Assembly (NCBI GenBank): GCA_965213965.1
Contig: OZ243925.1
Location: forward strand, 1,936,403 to 2,000,402
Reading direction: 5' to 3'
DNA: 64,000 bases
Source of the DNA: Phototrophicaceae bacterium
GTDB taxonomy: Bacteria > Chloroflexota > Anaerolineae > Aggregatilineales > Phototrophicaceae
A program made the translations under genes and the position numbers. Under the pieces are notes generated by a model. It did no database searches, was not told where the DNA came from, and was given only the letters and a program-made list of their open reading frames with translations. Positions 18,592 through 26,942 of the stretch are shown here, piece after piece. Position 1 is the stretch's first letter. Each line of letters starts with the position of its first letter.

Positions 18592-19857
18592 ATGCAGGAC
18601 GCTGAAGAAGCTGAGCCTGCCAAGCGTTGGCTCGTCACCCTGTTTGTGGTGGCGGTAGCCCAAGCGCTTGGTACCGGTGGCATCACCCTAGTTTATCCCT
18701 TTTTGCCGCTCTACATTCAGACGCTGCGCGATGCCCATTTCGTCAGTCCCGAGCTGCTGGCGGGCTTGGTGATCGCGGCGCCACCCCTGGTCGCCTGCCT
18801 GGCCACGCCGATATGGGGGCGCCTGGCCGACCAGTTTGGCCGCAAAAAGATGGTCATGCGCGCGCTCTTCGGCGCGTCAATCATCCTGGCCTTGATGGGC
18901 TTTGCGGAGACGGCGCTGGCGTTGATATTGCTGCGCGCCTTGCAAGGGCTGACCAGCGGCATCATCGCCGCCAATATGGCGCTGGTGGCTGGCGAATGCC
19001 CGCGCGAGCGCATGGGTTTCGCCCTGGGCAGCCTCCAAGTGGGCTTGTTCAGCGGCGTGGCTATAGGCCCCGCGATTGGCGGCCTGTTGGCAGAGCGCTT
19101 CGGCTTCCAGGTGCCCTTCTTCTTCACCGCCGCTTTGTTGATCTTGGCGGGCTTGCTGGTGATGTTTGGCGTCCGCGAGACCTATGTGCCTGCGCCGGGC
19201 AGCCGGCTGAATATCAACCCGCTAAAGATGATGAACAGTTGGCGAGCCATCTTGCGACTGGAAGGCGTCAAGACAGTCTATTCGCTGCGTTTTCTCAATG
19301 GTTTTGCCCAGCGCTCCATCATGCCGGTTGCGCCGCTATTCGTTATGGCGCTCATCCCCAATGCGGCGGCGGCTGGCGCCAGCACCTATGCGGGCTTGGT
19401 CTTGACCGTCTCGTCCATCACCATGACGGTTGGCTCCTTGATATTGGGTTTTCTTAGCGATCGCTGGGGCTACCGCAGGATCCTGCTGGGGGCGGCCGCT
19501 GTGTCGGCGGCATTTTACATCCCGCAAGCCTTCGTCAGCGATATCACGCAGTTGCTGGCTTTGCAAGCGCTGGCGGGCTTTGCGGCGGGCGGCGTGCTTT
19601 CGGCGCCGGCGGCGATGTTGGCGAACTTCACTGCGCTGGGCGACGAAGGCTCGGTATATGGGCTGGATGCTTCGGTGTCGTCCTTCGCCAATGGCATGGC
19701 GCCATTGAGCGCTTCCATGATTGCGGCGGCATTTGGCTTGCGAGCGGTTTTTGCCCTGGTCGCGATGTATTACTTGGCCATGCTGGTGGTCGGCGCGTAC
19801 TTCTTGCCCGCGCCAAAACGCAAGCGACGGTTATTGTTTCCCACTCTATCGAGGTGA
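18592..19857 (+). CDS. MFS transporter
   Basis: 12-TM pattern with MFS motif A (GRLADQFGRKKM). Confidence 0.85.
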   Translation: MQDAEEAEPAKRWLVTLFVVAVAQALGTGGITLVYPFLPLYIQTLRDAHFVSPELLAGLVIAAPPLVACLATPIWGRLADQFGRKKMVMRALFGASIILALMGFAETALALILLRALQGLTSGIIAANMALVAGECPRERMGFALGSLQVGLFSGVAIGPAIGGLLAERFGFQVPFFFTAALLILAGLLVMFGVRETYVPAPGSRLNINPLKMMNSWRAILRLEGVKTVYSLRFLNGFAQRSIMPVAPLFVMALIPNAAAAGASTYAGLVLTVSSITMTVGSLILGFLSDRWGYRRILLGAAAVSAAFYIPQAFVSDITQLLALQALAGFAAGGVLSAPAAMLANFTALGDEGSVYGLDASVSSFANGMAPLSASMIAAAFGLRAVFALVAMYYLAMLVVGAYFLPAPKRKRRLLFPTLSR

Positions 19858-19864
19858 GCTGAAT

Positions 19865-21118
19865 ATGGCACGAAGTTACGCGCTGCGAGCAAATGCCCAG
19901 CGGGCGGCACTACCCATCATCACCAACTGGAAGTTCACACTGAGTGTGGTCTTCATCGCGCAGGTGCTTTCTGCGGTCGGTTTTTCGATGATATTCCCCT
20001 TTTTGCCGCTGTATATTGATGAACTGGGCAGCGCGGGCGGGCACAGCACAGAGTTGCTGGCGGGTTTGGTTATCTCGGTGCAGGGCTTGACGATGATGTT
20101 CACCGCGCCATTTTGGGGCGCAGTTGCCGATCGCTTCGGGCGCAAGAAAATGATCATGCGGGCGATGTTCGGTGGCGGCGTCACCCTGGCGATGATGGCA
20201 TTTGTGCAATCGGCCGAGCAATTGATCCTGGTGCGGGCGCTGCAAGGCTTGGTGACAGGCACAGTCTCCGCGAATAACGCACTGGTGGCTTCGGTCGCGC
20301 CGCGCAGCCGAGTCGGTTTCGCCATGGGCACCTTGCAAGTTGGCTTGTGGGCTGGCGTGGCGGTGGGCCCGCTATTGGGCGGGGTGCTGGCGGATCTGTT
20401 TGGCTATAGCATGCCATTCTTGCTGACGGCGGCGCTATTGAGCGTGGGTGGGTTTATCGTGCTGCTGGGCGTCAGCGAAGATTTTACGCCGCCGCCACAC
20501 CAGGCGCATTTTGCCATGGGCGCGATGGTGCGCGGCTGGCGCGATATCCTGGCGACATCGGGGGTCAGCCTGCTTTTTTTCATGCGCTTCCTGGCTGGTT
20601 TGGCGCGCACAGTCATTATCCCGATCGCGCCGCTCTTTGTTGTTACGTTGGTTGCCAGCGACACCGCCAGCAGCAATACCTATGCGGGCTTGGTCATGGC
20701 TGCCTCGGCAGCGACTTCGACGCTGGGCGCGGTCTATTTGGGCAACCTGGGCGACCGCATCAGCCACCGCAAGGTGCTCTTATACAGCGCTATCGCCGCC
20801 GCCTTGCTCTACCTGCCACAAGCCTTCGTCGCTGATATCTGGCAGTTGCTGTTCCTGCAAGGTTTGGCTGGCTTCGCGGCTGGTGGCATCGTGGCAGCGC
20901 CCAGCGCCTTGCTCTCGCGCTTCACCAGCAAAGAGACAGCCGGCGCCGTCTACGGCTTGGATAACTCGGTCATCAGCGGCTCACGAGCGGCGGCGCCCTT
21001 GGTCGGCGCATCGGTGGCGATCTTGTTGGGCATGCGCGGCACTTTCTTCGCGGCGGCGCTGGTCTTTGCTTTGATCGCGCTGGTTACCTGGTACTTGCTG
21101 CCCTCGGATGGCGATTGA
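19865..21118 (+). CDS. MFS transporter (tandem paralogue of the preceding gene)
   Basis: It starts at MARSYALR (ATG 19865). Motif A is GAVADRFGRKKM. It is colinear in similarity with 18592-19857. Confidence 0.85.
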   Translation: MARSYALRANAQRAALPIITNWKFTLSVVFIAQVLSAVGFSMIFPFLPLYIDELGSAGGHSTELLAGLVISVQGLTMMFTAPFWGAVADRFGRKKMIMRAMFGGGVTLAMMAFVQSAEQLILVRALQGLVTGTVSANNALVASVAPRSRVGFAMGTLQVGLWAGVAVGPLLGGVLADLFGYSMPFLLTAALLSVGGFIVLLGVSEDFTPPPHQAHFAMGAMVRGWRDILATSGVSLLFFMRFLAGLARTVIIPIAPLFVVTLVASDTASSNTYAGLVMAASAATSTLGAVYLGNLGDRISHRKVLLYSAIAAALLYLPQAFVADIWQLLFLQGLAGFAAGGIVAAPSALLSRFTSKETAGAVYGLDNSVISGSRAAAPLVGASVAILLGMRGTFFAAALVFALIALVTWYLLPSDGD

Positions 21119-21153
21119 CCATAGCCGTAGCGAGCAGCGCATTGCCTTGCCGC

Positions 21154-21181
21154 TTGCAGCCAAGCCGCCTGCCAGTACAAT
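21154..21181 (+). promoter_or_regulatory. Sigma70-type promoter immediately upstream of nth
   Basis: TTGCAG (21154-21159), 16-nt spacer, TACAAT (21176-21181). ATG 21188 lies 7 nt after the -10 element. Confidence 0.5.
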
Positions 21182-21187
21182 ACAGGC

Positions 21188-21892
21188 ATGCCAGCCCAGC
21201 GCGATGCCCTCGCCAAAGTCGATAAGTTGCCCCTGCGCGCGGCAAAATATGCGCCAGTGTCCGCTGCCTTGACGGGCGTTTACGGTCAGCTGGACTGGTC
21301 GCGGAACCAGGATGGCATGGACGAGCTGGTCAGTTGCATCCTCAGCCAGAGCACCACCGACACCAACCGCGACCGCGCCTTCGCCCGCCTCAAAGCGCGC
21401 TACGCAGATTGGGCGGCCCTTCGCTTCGCAGACCTCGCTGAATTGATTGAGGTGATTCGTCCAGCCGGCTTGGCAAAGCAAAAAGCGCCGCGCATCCAAG
21501 AGGCGCTGGGTGCGATTTATGCTCATGCGGGCGACTACAACATCGACTTCCTGGAGACGATGTCGCTGGCGGATGCCAAATCCTGGCTGGTATCGCTGCG
21601 CGGCATTGGCCCCAAGACAGCCGCCATCGTGCTCTGCTTCGCTTATGGAAGGCCCGCCTTCCCGGTCGATACGCATGTCTTTCGCGTCGGCAAGCGCATT
21701 GGCTTCCTGCCCGCCAAGATTTCCGCCGACAAGGCGCACCCTGTCATGGAAGCGCTCGTGCCGCCTGATGATTATTATCAATTTCATATTCAGCTGATCC
21801 AGCATGGGCGCGATACTTGCCAGGCGCGCAAACCAGCCTGCGACCGCTGCCCGATTAGCGCGCATTGCGATTATTTCGCCGCGCTGGCTTGA
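21188..21892 (+). CDS. nth: Endonuclease III-family HhH-GPD DNA glycosylase with a 4Fe-4S cluster loop
   Basis: HhH motif (L..L.GIGPKTA), catalytic VDTHV.R, and a C-terminal Cys cluster C.ARKPACDRCP....C. Confidence 0.85.
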   Translation: MPAQRDALAKVDKLPLRAAKYAPVSAALTGVYGQLDWSRNQDGMDELVSCILSQSTTDTNRDRAFARLKARYADWAALRFADLAELIEVIRPAGLAKQKAPRIQEALGAIYAHAGDYNIDFLETMSLADAKSWLVSLRGIGPKTAAIVLCFAYGRPAFPVDTHVFRVGKRIGFLPAKISADKAHPVMEALVPPDDYYQFHIQLIQHGRDTCQARKPACDRCPISAHCDYFAALA

Positions 21893-22695
21893 ACATTGTG
21901 AGGCAACCCTTGGCAGAATCCAGCAAATCGGATGTCATCATTTCGCCACATTTTGATGATGGCGTCTTCAGTTGCGGCGGCTTGGCGCATCAGCTGCGCC
22001 AGGCTGGGCACCATGTCATCATCGCCACCATGATGGGCGGCGTGCTGGAGGAAGGCGCCGCGCCCGATACGCCCATCCTGCGCGACTTGCTGCGGCGTTG
22101 GGAGGCGGGTATCGACCCCCTGCGACACCGGCAGCTGGAAGATGAACGGGCGGCGCAGGCGCTGGATGTGGATTTTTCGCATATCCCGCTGACCGACTGC
22201 GTCTATCGCGTGGTCGATGGCACGGCGCTGTATCCATCGGAGGAGTCGCTCTTCGGCGCAGTGCATGCGGCTGACTTCGCGCCGCGCCTGTTGCAGGGCA
22301 TCGGCGTGCCGCAGGTCCGCGCTAGCACGACCGTCTATTTGCCGCTGGCGGTCGGGAACCATGTTGATCATCAGATCGTGCGCGACTGGGGGCTGAGCCA
22401 AATCTCCGAGAATCCCGGGCGTTGGTCCTTGCGCTTCTATGCCGAATACCCCTATTCCAACGCCGACAAATCCACCGAGTTGGCGCTGGCTGCGCTGGGG
22501 CTAGGTTTACAGCCCGCGGATTTCGCGCTGGATGAGGCAGATATGCGCGCGAAGCTGAAAGCCATCGCCTGTTATGAGTCGCAAATCAGCACATTCTGGC
22601 CCAATTTGCGGGCTATGGAAGTGGATGTGCGTCGCGCCTTTACCGACCCGCAGACCGGTGCCTATGTGGAGCGGCTGTGGCAGCCCGCCTCATAA
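21865..22695 (+). CDS. PIG-L/LmbE-family deacetylase
   Basis: ISPHFDDGVFSCGG and HVDH motifs. A possible alternative GTG start at 21898 would avoid the overlap with nth. Confidence 0.8.
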   Translation: MRLFRRAGLNIVRQPLAESSKSDVIISPHFDDGVFSCGGLAHQLRQAGHHVIIATMMGGVLEEGAAPDTPILRDLLRRWEAGIDPLRHRQLEDERAAQALDVDFSHIPLTDCVYRVVDGTALYPSEESLFGAVHAADFAPRLLQGIGVPQVRASTTVYLPLAVGNHVDHQIVRDWGLSQISENPGRWSLRFYAEYPYSNADKSTELALAALGLGLQPADFALDEADMRAKLKAIACYESQISTFWPNLRAMEVDVRRAFTDPQTGAYVERLWQPAS

Positions 22696-22881
22696 CTCAC
22701 TGCAATCCCAAACGAAGCCGCATTTTGGACACAGCACTTTACAGCGCCGGCGGACAACCGGGCTGTTGCAAGCCGGGCAGACGTTGCTGAGCGTGAAGTT
22801 GCTGATGGGCGCTGGCGACGCCTGGGCATATCGCCGGCGGGCTGGGGGCGGCTGTGTCTGCTTGGGCTGTTTCTTCAACAT
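22690..22881 (-). CDS. Small (63 aa) Cys-rich zinc-ribbon-like hypothetical protein
   Basis: MLKKQPKQ...CPACNSPVVRRRCKVLCPKCGFVWDC (two CxxC pairs plus 2 further Cys). It lies 20 nt downstream of tRNA-Cys on the same strand. No Shine-Dalgarno sequence is seen. Confidence 0.35.
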   Translation of the reverse strand: MLKKQPKQTQPPPARRRYAQASPAPISNFTLSNVCPACNSPVVRRRCKVLCPKCGFVWDCSEL

Positions 22882-22901
22882 GAGCGCGCGAGATTGAGAA
22901 G

Positions 22902-22973
22902 AGGCGACGGTGGGATTCGAACCCACGAATGAAGGTTTTGCAAACCTCTGCCTTACCACTTGGCTACGTCGCC
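22902..22973 (-). tRNA. tRNA-Cys (GCA)
   Basis: The minus strand reads GGCGACG-TA-GCCA-AGTGGTA-AGGC-A-GAGGT-TTGCAAA-ACCTT-CATTC-GTGGG-TTCGAAT-CCCAC-CGTCGCC-T. This is a cloverleaf with a GCA anticodon and the U73 discriminator typical of tRNA-Cys. CCA is not encoded. Confidence 0.9.
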
Positions 22974-23022
22974 CGATGCCGCGATATTCTACCAGCCCGC
23001 GCAGCCGAAATTCAAGTGGCAT

Positions 23023-23805
23023 TTAGGGCTGCTCGTTGCCAGGCGTCCAGCCAAATGGCAAGTCTTCGTCGGGCGCATCAAAAGCATCCTGACGCTCATT
23101 GCCTGGCAAAGCCTCTTCGGGCGGGGTTGTGGCTTGCCGCGCCAAACGCCGCAATTCGTCCGCATAAACAATTGTATTGTCATAGTGGCCCGCCGCCAGC
23201 GCCAGTTGGGCAATCCCCTGCGCCAGCAGCTCGACAGCCAGCGGCGCAGCCTTGCCCAGCCCCAGCCAAGCTAGCGGCGGCAGCCTGCCCAGGCGGGTCA
23301 ATAGGCGGAAGAACAAGGTCCTGTTTTGATTGCGGGCATAGACCACGGGCGCGCGCACAATGATCGTCCGTAAGCCGCTGCGGCGCAGATAATTCTCCGC
23401 CGCCCGTTTGGATTGAATGTAGCCGCGGTTCAGCCAGGGCGCGCGCGAACCGCTGATGAAAATGAGCTGCGCGACGCCATCGCTGATGCACATATTGGCG
23501 ACATTGCGGGCAGAAACGAGATTGAGCCGCTTGTACGATGCGCCTTGCGCGGCATCGTCTGTGAGGCTGCCGATGGTGTGGATGACGGCCGCATGCCCGC
23601 GCGCCTTGCCGCGCAGACTGCCCGGGCTCCAGACATCCGCCCGCGACCAGCGCGTGTGCCGCGCAAGCTGCCCCAGCTTGTCCTCTGCGCCAGGCTGCAC
23701 CAGCAGGCTCACCGCCAAGCCCTCCGCCAGCAAAGCCCAGGCAATATAATCGCCCAGAAAGCTGCCGCCGCCCGTAACCAGAACGCCGCGTGTGCCCCTT
23801 GCCAT
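23023..23805 (-). CDS. NAD(P)-binding Rossmann protein (atypical SDR / epimerase-like)
   Basis: VLVTGGGSFLG glycine-rich motif and YIQSK (YxxxK). Confidence 0.75.
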   Translation of the reverse strand: MARGTRGVLVTGGGSFLGDYIAWALLAEGLAVSLLVQPGAEDKLGQLARHTRWSRADVWSPGSLRGKARGHAAVIHTIGSLTDDAAQGASYKRLNLVSARNVANMCISDGVAQLIFISGSRAPWLNRGYIQSKRAAENYLRRSGLRTIIVRAPVVYARNQNRTLFFRLLTRLGRLPPLAWLGLGKAAPLAVELLAQGIAQLALAAGHYDNTIVYADELRRLARQATTPPEEALPGNERQDAFDAPDEDLPFGWTPGNEQP

Positions 23806-23820
23806 GTCTGCGCTTCTCGT

Positions 23821-24000
23821 CCCTACACCAAAGCTCTGTGCCCTCAGTAAAACGAACTAAGTCCTGCAAATTGAATCTGTGTAGGGGCGAGGCACTGCCT
23901 CGCCCTCTTTCAGGTGTAGATGCGGGCGACCCTATGGCTCGCCCCTACAACCATACCGAACTATTTCTAATTTCTTAGTTGCAGCTACTTTTGTGCGCTT
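23821..24000 (-). repeat. MITE-like nested-hairpin repeat, near full-length copy (inverted relative to the 58418 copy)
   Basis: It contains GTAGGGGCGAGGCACTGCCTCGCCC (23881-23906) and GTAGATGCGGGCGACCCTATGGCTCGCCCCTAC (23916-23948). Its reverse complement aligns by eye at about 90% over ~130 nt to 58470-58590. Confidence 0.7.
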
Positions 24001-24522
24001 GGTGTATTCCGTCCCGCTGTGTCGAATAGTTGGCGGCGATTGCCCCTTGCATTGCATTGCTTTGCGCTATTCTAATCGGATGTTTGCAGTATACTAAGTT
24101 AGACTGGCTTGTGAGACCATTATCTACGAAGCCCGTCCGCAATGCAAAGCAAGATCAGCATCCGAGCCATTTAGCCTTGCTGGGAGTAGTTGCAAATCGA
24201 CTTTGAACGAAGCCAGCAGGAACTCAGCCAGCGCAAGGTTTGCAGAGTTTCGCTGGCGGCTGCGGAGTGTGCCGCGCAATAGTTTAGCGAACAAACAGCC
24301 AATCGTGAGACGGTGTTAGCTGCCGGCGAAAGCAATATAGGGAAGTGCATCAAAGCGGAAAGTACTGGCGCAATACCTGAACGATTGAAATGGAATTGCT
24401 GCGTTGTGATTGCTTGATGCGATAGACGCAGCCCATATCTCCACCGCTGGTTTGGCAGACGCGACAGATTGCCGGCATGCGCGCAGAATCTATTTGGCAG
24501 CGAAGCCTGCCGGAAGCATGCG

Positions 24523-25179
24523 ATGCCTGTCATCACCGCTTTGAAGGCGCACAAGCGCAACAAAGAACGCGTCAAGCTGTACCTGGATGACGAATATGCT
24601 TTCCAACTGCCCTTGCAGGAAGCGGTTGCTCTGCGCTGCGGGCAAGAATTGTGCCAGCAAGAGGTAACAGCGCTGCTAGAAACCAGCGCGCTACAGGCTG
24701 CTTATGAGCGAGCGATCCGTTTCTTGGCGCATCGTCCGCGCAGCACAGAAGAAGTTCGCCGCTATCTCATATCCAAAGAGCTGGGGCAGCCCGTCTGCGA
24801 GGCTGTGCTGGAACGTTTGCAAGCGCGCGCTTGGCTCGATGATGCAGAATTCGCGCATTATTGGGTCGACCAGCGGCAACGTCACAAGCCGATGGCGGCG
24901 CGGGCGCTGCGCTTTCAACTGCGGCAGAAAGGCGTGGCTGAGGCAATCATCGACGAAGCGCTGGGCCGCCTGGACGAATCGGCTGCGGCGTATCGCGCGG
25001 CACAACAGCGGCTCTCGCGGTATCGTGGGCAGACGCCCCGGACGTTTCGACAAAAGCTGAGCGGCGCGCTGATGCGGCGTGGCTTTGATGCGGAAACTGT
25101 CCGGGAGGTTACGTTGCGTTGCCAGCAAGAGCTCATCGAAAGCGACAAGGACTACTTTGTATGTGAAGCCGAAGCTTGA
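24523..25179 (+). CDS. recX: Recombination regulator RecX
   Basis: It starts at MPVITALKAHKRNKERVKLYLDDEYAF, the typical RecX N-terminus, followed by three helical repeats. Confidence 0.85.
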   Translation: MPVITALKAHKRNKERVKLYLDDEYAFQLPLQEAVALRCGQELCQQEVTALLETSALQAAYERAIRFLAHRPRSTEEVRRYLISKELGQPVCEAVLERLQARAWLDDAEFAHYWVDQRQRHKPMAARALRFQLRQKGVAEAIIDEALGRLDESAAAYRAAQQRLSRYRGQTPRTFRQKLSGALMRRGFDAETVREVTLRCQQELIESDKDYFVCEAEA

Positions 25180-25254
25180 TGTCGGTTGACATTTGCCGGA
25201 TAAAACAGGAAAGGAGCAGGGACGAATGTATCCACTGGATACCGTCAAACCAAT

Positions 25255-26808
25255 ATGGAAATCCTACTCGCAGTTGTCACAGCACTTGTCGGGGTTGGCG
25301 CGGGCTATATCATCGGCAGCCGCCGAGCAGTGCAGAATCTGCTAAAAGAACAGCAGGAAAAGGGCAATAGCGCCCTGATAAAAGCATCTAACGATGCCAA
25401 GGAGCTGCTAAGTAACGCCGAAACTGAACAAGCGACCATCATCGCCGAAGGCGAACGAAGCGCCCGCCAGCGCATTAGCGATGCCGATGCCAAAATCTCG
25501 CGCCGCCGCCGTGACCTGGATGAAGAAGATGAACGTATCCAAAGGCGCCGTGGCGACCTGGACAAGCGCATGGAGCGGCTCGACCAGCGCGACCAGCAGA
25601 TGAACAAGCGCCAAAGCCGCCTTGACCGCAAAGAAAACGAAATCAAAAAATCCGAAGAGACCCTGCTCGACAAGCTGCAAGTCATCGCCCAAATGACAGT
25701 CGACGAAGCGCGACAGCAGCTCCTGGACTCGATCGAACTGGACGCCCGCAATGATATGGCGCGCATCATCCGCCAGGTCGAAGCCGAAGCCCGCGAAACC
25801 GCCGACCAACGCGCGCGCAGCTTAATCTCGATGGCTATCCAGCGCCTGGCATCCGAGCATGTCAGTGAGATCTCAGTCAGTGTCGTGAACCTGCCCAGCG
25901 ATGATATGAAGGGACGCATCATCGGGCGCAACGGGCGCAATATCCGCTCGTTTGAGCTGGCCACCGGCGTCGATGTCGTCGTTGATGATTCACCTGAGTC
26001 GGTAACCATCAGCAGCTTTGACCCCATCCGCCGCGAGGTCGCCAAACGCACGATGGCCAAGCTGGTGGTCGATGGGCGCATTCACCCGGCCCGCATCGAA
26101 AAACTGGTGGAAGATACCCGCGCCGAAGTCGATACGATCATCAAAGAAGAGGGCGAGCGCGCCGCCTATGAAACGGGCATCCATGGCTTGCATGTGGAAA
26201 TCCTGAAGCTGCTGGGCACATTGAAGTTTCGCACCAGCTACGGGCAAAACCAGCACGCGCACGCTGTCGAGACCGCGCATATCGCTGGCATGATCGCCAT
26301 GGAGCTGGGCGCGGATGTCACCATCGCCAAGATGGGTGGCTTGATGCACGATATCGGCAAGGCGATCGACCACAATGTCGAAGGCACGCACGCCATGATC
26401 GGCGCGGAATTCGCCAAGCGCTATGGCGTCAAGGATGTGGTCGTGAATTGCATCGCCGCGCATCATCATGAGGTTGAAAAAGAATGTGTGGAAGCCTTCA
26501 TTGTCGAGGCGGCTGATGCCATCTCCGGCGCGAGGCCCGGCGCCCGCCGCGAAAGCCTCGATGGCTACATCCGCCGCGTCAAACAACTGGAAGACATTGC
26601 CGACTCGTTTGACGGCGTCGAGCAGAGTTATGCGCTGCAGGCGGGTCGTGAAGTACGCATCATCGTGCGGCCCGAGGTGGTGGATGACTACGCCTCGATC
26701 CAGCTGGCGCGCGATATCGCCAAGCAGATCGAAACCGACATGCAATATCCTGGGCAGATCAAAGTCCATGTCATCCGCGAGACGCGCCGTGTGGAATATG
26801 CGAAGTAG
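25255..26808 (+). CDS. rny: Ribonuclease Y
   Basis: N-terminal TM helix, long Glu/Arg/Lys coiled coil, KH domain (GRIIGRNGRNIR) and HD domain (HDIGK...). 517 aa. Confidence 0.92.
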   Translation: MEILLAVVTALVGVGAGYIIGSRRAVQNLLKEQQEKGNSALIKASNDAKELLSNAETEQATIIAEGERSARQRISDADAKISRRRRDLDEEDERIQRRRGDLDKRMERLDQRDQQMNKRQSRLDRKENEIKKSEETLLDKLQVIAQMTVDEARQQLLDSIELDARNDMARIIRQVEAEARETADQRARSLISMAIQRLASEHVSEISVSVVNLPSDDMKGRIIGRNGRNIRSFELATGVDVVVDDSPESVTISSFDPIRREVAKRTMAKLVVDGRIHPARIEKLVEDTRAEVDTIIKEEGERAAYETGIHGLHVEILKLLGTLKFRTSYGQNQHAHAVETAHIAGMIAMELGADVTIAKMGGLMHDIGKAIDHNVEGTHAMIGAEFAKRYGVKDVVVNCIAAHHHEVEKECVEAFIVEAADAISGARPGARRESLDGYIRRVKQLEDIADSFDGVEQSYALQAGREVRIIVRPEVVDDYASIQLARDIAKQIETDMQYPGQIKVHVIRETRRVEYAK

Positions 26809-26883
26809 GGCGGGCGGGCGCTGAACGGCAAGCTTCGGTCTGCGAAATCGGACAAGGCAATCAGAAAATAACGCGCAACAAAA

Positions 26884-26917
26884 AAGCCCCCGCCGCAATG
26901 GCAGGGGCTTCTGTTTT
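26884..26917. terminator. Bidirectional Rho-independent terminator between convergent rny and the PDZ gene
   Basis: AAGCCCC-13 nt loop-GGGGCTT flanked by an A-run (plus strand upstream) and T-rich sequence. On the minus strand the hairpin is followed by TTTTTTG. Confidence 0.6.
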
Positions 26918-26942
26918 GCTTAGACGAGCTTTGCTGCGCAGC

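Noticed and set aside
22882-23022. The upstream part of the 110-aa minus-strand ORF 22690-23022.
   Set aside because: This part is occupied by tRNA-Cys (22902-22973). Only the distal 63-codon segment is kept, as a low-confidence CDS.
23881-23948. Whether the recurring GC-rich palindromes could be a CRISPR array.
   Set aside because: The copies are scattered singly or in pairs across 60 kb. They are not tandem with regular unique spacers, and no cas genes are present.
24001-24522. Identification of the low-GC region as tmRNA, RNase P RNA, SRP RNA or 6S RNA.
   Set aside because: None of the hallmark motifs is present: no GGGG...tRNA-like end with TCCACCA, no GAGGAAAGTCCGGGC P4 strand, and no SRP domain IV GGAA/AGCA loops. 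The region is kept only as an unassigned candidate.
24171-24575. A 134-aa minus-strand ORF in the recX upstream region.
   Set aside because: It has Ser/Leu/Cys/Arg-biased, non-protein-like composition, no SD and no recognisable motif. It overlaps the recX start. The region is treated as non-coding.
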